DNA of 64,000 nucleotides from Sulfitobacter sp. (GTDB lineage Bacteria; Bdellovibrionota; Bacteriovoracia; Bacteriovoracales; Bacteriovoracaceae): NCBI GenBank assembly GCA_047630275.1, contig JBLHVN010000002.1, positions 135,108 to 199,107 of the forward strand, read 5' to 3'. Shown piece by piece: positions 55,783 to 62,819 of this stretch (position 1 is its first letter; each line of letters starts with the position of its first letter). The notes under the pieces were generated by a model. It saw only the letters and a program-made list of their open reading frames with translations, ran no database searches and was not told where the DNA came from. The position numbers and the translations under genes were made by a program.

Positions 55783-56109
55783 ATGAAAAAACTAATTGCT
55801 TTAACTGCTGCACTACTTTCACTTTCAACTTTCGCTGGTGGATATGACAAAACTGAAATCGTATGGGTTAAAAATGCTCCTACAGCTCAGGCCGCTTACG
55901 GACAGGCCATGGAAATGGTTGAAGAAATCAACGGAGACAGATGGGGAAGAACTCGTTTTTCTTATCTAAGTCAATGTAACCCTACTGCAGGGGATTTTGA
56001 TGATAGTAATACTTTCAGAAGAAAGGCTCATACTTCAACAAGCCGAGTAACATTCAACCACGTATCTGGTCTTTACGGATCTACTGTTGTTGTTCGCTGC
56101 GAAGACTAA
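55783..56109 (+). CDS. Small secreted protein
   Basis: GGAG RBS and signal peptide MKKLIALTAALLSLSTFA. Confidence 0.55.
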   Translation: MKKLIALTAALLSLSTFAGGYDKTEIVWVKNAPTAQAAYGQAMEMVEEINGDRWGRTRFSYLSQCNPTAGDFDDSNTFRRKAHTSTSRVTFNHVSGLYGSTVVVRCED

Positions 56110-56135
56110 GAATTAAATTATCTCTCCTTTATTAA

Positions 56136-56157
56136 GGGCGCCTCGGCGCCCTTTTTT
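56136..56157 (+). terminator. Intrinsic terminator
   Basis: gggcgcc-tc-ggcgccc stem followed by T6. Confidence 0.75.
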
Positions 56158-56164
56158 CGTTTTC

Positions 56165-56185
56165 GCAAGTAACCAGGTACCTATT
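56165..56185 (+). repeat. REP-like element copy
   Basis: gcaagtaaccaggtacctatt, 3 nt from the stop of the minus-strand gene at 56188. Confidence 0.7.
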
Positions 56186-56187
56186 AT

Positions 56188-57240
56188 CTAAAATAAGTCT
56201 TCACACTTTTTATTTTCTAGGTCTACAACAATGCTCTTCTCGGCTGAGTGACATTCTGACTCTCCTACTTTAGCGCAGAGACCAACTTTAGAACTTCTAA
56301 AAATATGCTCTTGCGACGCAGAGAAGTCAGCAGGAAGATTCATTTTCAACTGTTGTTTCATCAGCGCTGCAACCTCTTTTTTACACTTTTTATGAAGGTA
56401 ATAAAGGGAAATGGCGCCCGTAAGATTTTCATTACTCGCTATAACATTTCCAGGAATGATATCTTTTCTAGCAAACCAGCCTTTGTCGCGAATATATATT
56501 AAATCGTCAGTATATATGAATATTTTTTTATCCTTATTATATTCTTGAATTCCAAGAAAGTTTATTTTCTTTGAAGAGGGCGAGCTTCCTGTGCTGAGAG
56601 GGAAATGATCTTGACCCACAAGAGTGCCTTCTCTTAATTTTAGAACAGTCAGCTTTTTCTTATTTGTGTACCACTGGTAGCTCTCCTTAACTTTTTTATA
56701 TTTTTTGATGGTTTCTTCAATATTATCTAAAGAAGGAGATAACATCTTTTCTAATTCACTTTCCTTAGCCACTTCAAATTTACAGTTTTTATCAATCTCT
56801 CTGCACATTTCTAAAGCACTCTTTTTATTCTTTTTTGGAAGTGAAATAAGAACGACACCGCCACTAATCTCCTCCTTAATATTGGCAAAAAGTATCATCT
56901 CTCCTTTGAGAACTAATGCCATTTTCTTTCCTATATTCTCTTTAGTCATCTTTCCAAAAAGGCACGAGGTGTCGTTATCCATTTTCAAGTTAAGAGAGAG
57001 CCTCTTTGAGGAATCTTGAGTGATTTTCAAACTAGAAACGCCTATGTAGAGCTTAGAACTTTCAAGGAGAGGTTGAGCAACTCCTTCTTGATCTCTTATA
57101 ACCAGGCACTTTTTTGATTTCTCTGGGCAACTTATATAACTAGTTAGACTCAAATCAGACTTCTTAAGCTTAGGAGCACATTCTTTAGAGAAGGTAACAT
57201 TCCCATAACTAAGCAATACGACTAATAGTAATAGTTTCAT
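56188..57240 (-). CDS. Secreted hypothetical protein, possible SecD-P1-head-like segment
   Basis: Has a signal peptide. LFGKMTKENIGKKMALVLKGEMILFANIKEEISGGVVLIS resembles the SecD head motif (T..n.gk.lAivLD..v.saP.i...I.gG). The resemblance is weak. Confidence 0.5.
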   Translation of the reverse strand: MKLLLLVVLLSYGNVTFSKECAPKLKKSDLSLTSYISCPEKSKKCLVIRDQEGVAQPLLESSKLYIGVSSLKITQDSSKRLSLNLKMDNDTSCLFGKMTKENIGKKMALVLKGEMILFANIKEEISGGVVLISLPKKNKKSALEMCREIDKNCKFEVAKESELEKMLSPSLDNIEETIKKYKKVKESYQWYTNKKKLTVLKLREGTLVGQDHFPLSTGSSPSSKKINFLGIQEYNKDKKIFIYTDDLIYIRDKGWFARKDIIPGNVIASNENLTGAISLYYLHKKCKKEVAALMKQQLKMNLPADFSASQEHIFRSSKVGLCAKVGESECHSAEKSIVVDLENKKCEDLF

Positions 57241-57346
57241 TTAAGTCCTTTAATTCAATTTCATAATGTTGTACTTCTTTATATCACAAGAATAAAAACT
57301 TAAATAATATCGATTTCAGTCAGGTATATTCTACTAATAGGTACCT

Positions 57347-57685
57347 CTTAAAGGTCGCAATTTGCGACCTTAGTAAAGGGGCCAGACGTTAATCTGACCC
57401 CAGTAACCTAAGTTGCAAGCAACTTTGCTAATAACATGAACAGCCTAACGATCAAGATTATTAGCTCGGTTAATAATAAAGTACGTTCATCCATGAACTA
57501 TCCTTTGCTAAAGGCGGCCTTTATTGGCTTCAAAGGAAGAACTCCCGCACTTTAAACTGTTGATATTTTTGGATTTGCTATTTCTACTTCCATTCGTGTT
57601 ATACTTTTACCGAAGCCCCAGTGCCTAAGGGCGGTTAGTAATAAAGTACGATAAAACCTCACTTTCAAGTGGGGTTTTTTTATGT
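57347..57685 (+). ncRNA. Candidate structured non-coding RNA (family unknown)
   Basis: There is no ORF of 60 aa or more on either strand. Perfect hairpins lie at 57351-57371 (9 bp), 57378-57401, 57410-57425 and 57485-57498. A 19-nt direct repeat cggtta(a/g)taataaagtacg occurs at 57467 and 57632. The segment ends in a plus-strand terminator with T7. Confidence 0.3.
57655..57681 (+). terminator. Intrinsic terminator (stronger on the plus strand, usable on both)
   Basis: 8-bp stem aacctcac/gtggggtt (one G-U pair) with a tttcaa loop and a T7 tail on the plus strand. The minus strand has only TTTTAT. Confidence 0.6.
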
Positions 57686-57763
57686 CCATTTTTGTAGATT
57701 AATTCATTCGTCTGAACAACAGACTCTAAAGAGTTTCATTAGAGTATTTCGTTTTTCGCTTTA

Positions 57764-57780
57764 GCAAGTAACCAGGTACC
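57764..57780 (+). repeat. REP-like element copy
   Basis: gcaagtaaccaggtacc, 2 nt from the stop of the 57783 gene. The T-rich leader tttttcgctttag matches the one at the 56165 copy. Confidence 0.7.
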
Positions 57781-57782
57781 TT

Positions 57783-60404
57783 TTATTTGCCCATGAAGTT
57801 TAGGATGAAGTCTTTGCAGGATTTCTTGAAGCTTTTTCCTGCGGATAAGGCGCGGGCCTGGGCCACGAGTTCCTTGGAGTAGCCGGCCTTTTTCATGTCA
57901 GTGGCCAAGTTCTGTAGTCCGTCGTAGCGGTTATGCATGCGCGCTAAGCTTCCTATGGTGGATAGGTGATAGGAGGCCATCTTTTCATCAACATTAGCTA
58001 GGATTGATTTAATATAGCCGGCCTGAATCTTTTCTCGGTAAACGCTAATGGCAAAAGAGTCTTCTTTAAAGTCACTATAGAGAAGCCTTAAAAAAGCGCG
58101 GCTTGTTTCATTCTTAGTGACGTCCCCTTGAAAGTTATCAAAGAACTGATTCATGGCCTTAACAAAGCCGAGACTTCGGTCATCAGGGCTTCTGATGCTC
58201 ATAGAAGCATTATAAAATTCCACTAGCTCAAATAGGGCGCGATCTGGAAAGGGGTTATTCATCTTAACAAAGAGGCTCTCTTCTAAGGCCTCAACAATGG
58301 GTTTTGCTACTTTAGTGAGATTCTCTCCGTGAAAATACCTTCTCACTTGTTCAGCCGTATATTCGTAAATATGATTAGAAGTTGAAATATTCAGATCCCC
58401 ATATACCTCTTTATAAAGAACTAGCATCTCTTTAACGAGGGCCTCAGCATTCTCTAAATACTGAGGTCCCCTTTCTACAAGAGAGAAGCGCTGTTGAATG
58501 ATGGCTTTGATCTGAAGGTGTTCATTGAACTCCCACTGCATATCCATGTCCCCAGAAAAGGCCTTTTTGATAAAGTCCTCCCAAGGCTTTTTATAGTAAT
58601 CTAAGAACCAAGATTTCTTTTCAGGAAAGTTATTTAGGATAATATTCTTCGTGGTATAAAAACTATTTTCAATTATCTGAGGGCGAGCGGCGCTTGAGTA
58701 GGCCTTCATAGACTCATCCATAATCTTTTGGGCCTTTGTAAATTGCTCATCTCCTTCAAGACCATGGACAAGCTTACTGGCCACATCGAACTCTTTTTCT
58801 GAGATTAGCTTATTAATACTTTGATCAAGATTAACCCCTTCATCAAAGCTAGAAATGGCCATCTTCCATTCATCCTTAGTCAGGCGGTTACTTTTACCCA
58901 TTTCAACAAAGGCCTTTATATCGGCAAGTCCTCTAACCTTAGAGGCCTCATCAAGGATCTTTCCAAAAGAGGCTATCTTTCGGTAAGTTCCATTAGCGGC
59001 CCCTAGGGCATTACTATTTTTAACCACAAAGGCGTCCGTTAGCCCGTAGTCATACTTTAAGATATCTATTCCAAATTTTTCGCAAAACTCATCTTGGTTA
59101 AGACCGAGCCTTTTAAATAAAGAACGGGCGTAGCCATTTTTACTAATATCAACAATCTTAGCCCCCGGAAGAACTTCAAACTGAACAACTCGGTTCTTAT
59201 CCCCTCCCCACTTTATAGCAAAATCAATATCCTTTTTGGCCACGCTATAAAGGCCCCGTCCTCCAACTCCGTCAGAGGATTCCATGACCCCTTGAAATAA
59301 AATGCCACGAAAGGCCTCTTCAGTTCCGGTGCCATGGTACATAAGTGAGTTAGGAAAGAACTCATCTATGGGTTTATAAAGTCGGTCCGCCTCCACCCCA
59401 TTCTCAGTAAAGGCGCGGGCAATACTCTCCTCGTCCCTAAAGTGAGAAAAAAGATAAGGCTTAAGAGGATCGATTGAATCATAGGTTCGCGAAAGAAGAT
59501 CCACTGAAAATTCTTCATGAAGAAGCTTCGTTGCCGTGGGGTTTGTATAAGAGCGGTATCCTTTTTTAAGGGTACCATTGATCCATTCAGCGAACTTCTC
59601 ATTATTTAAATACGAACTTAGGGCGCGCCCCTCTAAGGCGCTTTTAATAACTTCTTTAACCGCTTGCCTATTTTCCCCCATCATCTCAAAGAGAACTTCT
59701 TTTTTAGGATGGGTCTTTCCATAAAGGGAGGCATACTGCATGGCCGTCAGCCTAAGATAACGAAGGGCCAGGAGCACCGGGTGATTTAATTTAAGCTTAG
59801 CAAAGCGAGTGCTAGCAAAGTCTTCAGCGCTAGAGAATACAATAGAGATCTTCCCCGTAAAGACTTCTTCAAGTCCATTACCAAAAGTCCCTTCACTTTT
59901 AAAACCAGACTTTCCTAAGCGGATCTTCTCGACTGGAATAAAACCTTGAGCAATCTCATCGCGCCCAATTTGAGAGCTTCGATCAAAGCGCTCCGGGGAG
60001 ATAAGATCAATACTCTTAATCCCATAGTCTTCAGCGGAGACGATGATTGATTTATTAGTCACAATATCAATATCACTCTCTCCAATAATAAAATCCCGCA
60101 CATCAATGCTTTGAAGAGCTCGCAGCTCAGAGGCAATAGCATCAAACTCCTGAGGGGTTTTCGCCACAGATAATTTTCTTTTTAACCAATACAGAAAGTC
60201 CCGAGAAGTTCCTCCAAAGAATTCCGCCTCTGGGTCTTTTTCCCAGACAAGCTCAAAGAGGTTTACCTTCTTGGATAATTCAGACGCCAGCTCTTCAAAG
60301 TCTGAAAGGCTATAGACTGCGCTTTCAGATGAGGGCGCTCGATGGCCCACTCCCACAAAGGAGCATGAGGCCATGAAGAAGAGAAAGATTATTACGATTC
60401 TCAC
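57783..60404 (-). CDS. Large lipoprotein with a PARP/Tpt1-like ADP-ribosyltransferase motif and an N-terminal nucleotidyltransferase-like motif
   Basis: GTG start with MRIVIIFLFFMASC. FGGTSRDFL ... IIGESDIDIVT resembles G[GS]...DxD of Pol-beta NTases. LMYHGTGTEEAFRGILFQGV..GGRGLYSVA..VVQFEV fits an H-Y-E ART core. Confidence 0.5.
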   Translation of the reverse strand: MRIVIIFLFFMASCSFVGVGHRAPSSESAVYSLSDFEELASELSKKVNLFELVWEKDPEAEFFGGTSRDFLYWLKRKLSVAKTPQEFDAIASELRALQSIDVRDFIIGESDIDIVTNKSIIVSAEDYGIKSIDLISPERFDRSSQIGRDEIAQGFIPVEKIRLGKSGFKSEGTFGNGLEEVFTGKISIVFSSAEDFASTRFAKLKLNHPVLLALRYLRLTAMQYASLYGKTHPKKEVLFEMMGENRQAVKEVIKSALEGRALSSYLNNEKFAEWINGTLKKGYRSYTNPTATKLLHEEFSVDLLSRTYDSIDPLKPYLFSHFRDEESIARAFTENGVEADRLYKPIDEFFPNSLMYHGTGTEEAFRGILFQGVMESSDGVGGRGLYSVAKKDIDFAIKWGGDKNRVVQFEVLPGAKIVDISKNGYARSLFKRLGLNQDEFCEKFGIDILKYDYGLTDAFVVKNSNALGAANGTYRKIASFGKILDEASKVRGLADIKAFVEMGKSNRLTKDEWKMAISSFDEGVNLDQSINKLISEKEFDVASKLVHGLEGDEQFTKAQKIMDESMKAYSSAARPQIIENSFYTTKNIILNNFPEKKSWFLDYYKKPWEDFIKKAFSGDMDMQWEFNEHLQIKAIIQQRFSLVERGPQYLENAEALVKEMLVLYKEVYGDLNISTSNHIYEYTAEQVRRYFHGENLTKVAKPIVEALEESLFVKMNNPFPDRALFELVEFYNASMSIRSPDDRSLGFVKAMNQFFDNFQGDVTKNETSRAFLRLLYSDFKEDSFAISVYREKIQAGYIKSILANVDEKMASYHLSTIGSLARMHNRYDGLQNLATDMKKAGYSKELVAQARALSAGKSFKKSCKDFILNFMGK

Positions 60405-60578
60405 ACCGATCTTTTCGGTTTTTAAGAGATTAATCTTAAAAGTTAAGGTTTTGATTTTACTAGTTTTTTAGTGATAGATTCCTACAAGTCCCTAGATTAC
60501 AAGAGTCTTTTTCTATAGTTTTAATTCATGGCTACTCCTCTTCTCATCCCTTAAAATGATTAAAACCACGGAGAAATC

Positions 60579-61070
60579 ATGAAACTAGCCCTTATCTTAA
60601 GCTGCCTTATTAGCCTTCCTCTTTTTGCCGCAAACAGGCCCCATTTAAAGATCAAGATTCAAGATTCCTTCGTTTGTAAGGACGGAAAGTCTCAAGGTAG
60701 AAAGATCTATTCTCGCTTTTGCAAGGCCAAGAGCTTCAACTCAACAACCCTCTTCATCCACGCCGTTCCATCTGCCGAAGTCATCTTTGGCGAACTTATG
60801 AGTAACGACGCCACTGAGATGGGAGATCTTTTTAGTTGGTGCGTAAATGAAATATCTGACGGGCGCATTGGTCCTAGCTGCGTTCTTGAAGTGACTAATA
60901 TTGAAAATGGTCAGAAGAATCAACTAAGCCTAAATATTTCTCAAAAAACGAATATGGCGGTTGTGAATGTCTCTAGCCTTCCTCATGGGGTTCGCTATAA
61001 TGCTCGCATTGTTGAGACGGGTTCTGGGTCTAATGCTTCTACTGAGACTTTTGAAGTTGTGGTTCGTTAG
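60579..61070 (+). CDS. Small secreted protein
   Basis: GGAG RBS and signal peptide MKLALILSCLISLPLFA. Confidence 0.55.
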   Translation: MKLALILSCLISLPLFAANRPHLKIKIQDSFVCKDGKSQGRKIYSRFCKAKSFNSTTLFIHAVPSAEVIFGELMSNDATEMGDLFSWCVNEISDGRIGPSCVLEVTNIENGQKNQLSLNISQKTNMAVVNVSSLPHGVRYNARIVETGSGSNASTETFEVVVR

Positions 61071-61078
61071 GCCGTCAC

Positions 61079-61993
61079 ATGAGTAATATAGATAAATTCC
61101 TAGATTGGTATCGCTCAATTAATAAAAATAAGTTCAATACTAAGTACTCCCCCCATAAGCCCATCACAATCCTCTTCGCTCTTTCAAAGGCCTTGAAGGA
61201 TCAAAGATGGATTGAATATAACCAAGACCGAAATTTTTTAGAAGATTTTATCGGCGAGTTCTCTAATTTTAAATCAACTCCAAACTGCCTACAGCCTCTT
61301 TACAGGCTTAATAATGACAACAAAAGTGAAGACGTATGGGAGATTTCCCCCACATCACTATCTCCAAATAAATCAGGGGACATCAGTCAATCAGAGGCAA
61401 CAAAAGAGAACTTTAAAGCTGGATTTTCAGAAGAGTATTATAATTATTTTAGTCAAAATAAAGCACTAACTGCTCGCCTTATCGAAAACATAATTGATGA
61501 CAACTTTACTCACAGTTTAAAAGACTACTTCTATTCTCTCCTAGGCTTTGAGTCATCCAGTATCATTACACTTGATTCAGAAGACGTTAGTAAGACAATA
61601 ACTGTCTCTAAAAGAGATCCAAACTTCCCACGAAAGATCCTGGCACTCTATGATAATCAATGCTGCTTTTGCAGACTAAAGATCAACTTCAACCTAAAGT
61701 CCTTCAACATGGAAGCGGCCCACATAAAATGGAAGGCCCGTGGCGGAGACTGCATCGAAACAAACGGCATGTCCCTATGCCCTACTCACCACGCCACCTT
61801 TGACCGAGGTCTTTGGACTCTCGATAGAGACTATAAAATTGAATTAAGTAAGTATCTAATGATCAAAGTTCAAAGTGATATTTTCTTTAAGCCCTTTGTG
61901 GGGCAATCGATTAGGGAATCCATCATGGATCCAGCTCTTCTTCCGGATCAGGAGAACTTGGAATGGCACCGGGAATCTATATTTAAAAGCTAG
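61079..61993 (+). CDS. HNH_2-type endonuclease (Type IV restriction-like) with an N-terminal reader-like domain
   Basis: CCFCRLK..MEAAHIKWKARGG..NGMSLCPTHHATFDRGLWTL matches the HNH_2 pattern (C.vC...AAHI.P....NGl.L....H..FD.Gl). The N-terminal SPHKPITILFAL resembles the HKP-LLL helix of the DNA-modification-reading domains fused to such nucleases. Confidence 0.65.
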   Translation: MSNIDKFLDWYRSINKNKFNTKYSPHKPITILFALSKALKDQRWIEYNQDRNFLEDFIGEFSNFKSTPNCLQPLYRLNNDNKSEDVWEISPTSLSPNKSGDISQSEATKENFKAGFSEEYYNYFSQNKALTARLIENIIDDNFTHSLKDYFYSLLGFESSSIITLDSEDVSKTITVSKRDPNFPRKILALYDNQCCFCRLKINFNLKSFNMEAAHIKWKARGGDCIETNGMSLCPTHHATFDRGLWTLDRDYKIELSKYLMIKVQSDIFFKPFVGQSIRESIMDPALLPDQENLEWHRESIFKS

Positions 61994-62006
61994 TTTTTTG
62001 AGATTA

Positions 62007-62498
62007 TTATTTTATATCTTCTTTTTTAGTTATTGATTTCTCGCCAATGTTAATGAGATACCTTTCGATTAAGGACTTTTCTTGTGGAATAAGATTTAAA
62101 CTAATTGTAGGTTTGGCGGACTTATATTTTTTAAACTTGAGAAAGTCTTGAATAAGTTCCAAATGATAGTGTCTAAAGATCAGTTCATCATTGTCTATAT
62201 TTATATTTACCCATATCAAAATATCAAAACGATTTTCAGGATTGATTGAGGTGCTATTGTTTTTTCCGACAGTACCTTTCACTTCATATCGTTTTCCATC
62301 TTTTCCTATCAGGTCCCACTCTCGACGATCAGGATAATCTTTTTTAAGACTATAAATAGCGGAACAAAGGCCCTCAGTGAAACCCTCACTTGAACGTGGG
62401 CTATCCCCAAACCCCATTAATTGGTGAAGAGTGATAAGTTCTTTATACTTACTATAATATCTAATTAAATTTTCTATGTTGAGATCTAGTTTTTCCAC
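62007..62498 (-). CDS. PD-(D/E)xK nuclease-like hypothetical protein
   Basis: EGFTEGL ... WDLIGKDGKRYEVKGT (D-x10-E-x-K) ... FDILIWV. GTG start with no clear RBS, so the N-terminus is uncertain. Confidence 0.4.
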   Translation of the reverse strand: MEKLDLNIENLIRYYSKYKELITLHQLMGFGDSPRSSEGFTEGLCSAIYSLKKDYPDRREWDLIGKDGKRYEVKGTVGKNNSTSINPENRFDILIWVNINIDNDELIFRHYHLELIQDFLKFKKYKSAKPTISLNLIPQEKSLIERYLINIGEKSITKKEDIK

Positions 62499-62528
62499 AA
62501 TTAAATAATCGTCTAAACTTCAATAAAA

Positions 62529-62819
62529 CTATCTTACAAAGCAAAGCCAGAGAGCCGCTTTAATAAGCTTTCCTGGTCCACTGATGGCCTTATCCACATC
62601 TTTCATAGTTGCGATCTTTTTAGAACCACTTCCTTCACAGATTTTATCTCCGCGGACATTAAAAAGTGTTTTCGAACCGCTTCCTTCACAGATTTTATCG
62701 CCGCGGATATTGAAAATCGTTGCTGATCCACTTGATTTACAGATCTTTTCACCACGAACATTGGCCACTGTTCTTGAACCTTCCTTAAGCCTACTTCCGT
62801 CAAATTTTAATGCTCCCAT
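62529..62819 (-). CDS. Mini-protein built from 17-aa repeats (beta-flower-like G..I..GSG repeats)
   Basis: NVRGEKICKSSGSATIF / NIRGDKICEGSGSKTLF / NVRGDKICEGSGSKKIA. AAGGTGG RBS. Its ATG overlaps the upstream TAA. Confidence 0.55.
   Translation of the reverse strand: MGALKFDGSRLKEGSRTVANVRGEKICKSSGSATIFNIRGDKICEGSGSKTLFNVRGDKICEGSGSKKIATMKDVDKAISGPGKLIKAALWLCFVR
62623..62819 (-). repeat. Four tandem 51-nt coding repeats
   Basis: Units start at 62623, 62674, 62725 and 62776. Units 1 and 2 match at 42 of 51 positions. Confidence 0.8.

Noticed and set aside
57347-57685. I considered whether the structured intergenic RNA candidate is tmRNA, RNase P RNA or a tRNA.
   Set aside because: There is no tRNA-like acceptor/T-arm (no GGTTCGAATCC-type T-loop and no 3' CCA context). 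No tag ORF ends in Ala-Ala-stop after a GCA resume codon. There is no RNase P GAGGAAAGTCCGGGC box. The size is similar, but none of the diagnostic motifs is present.
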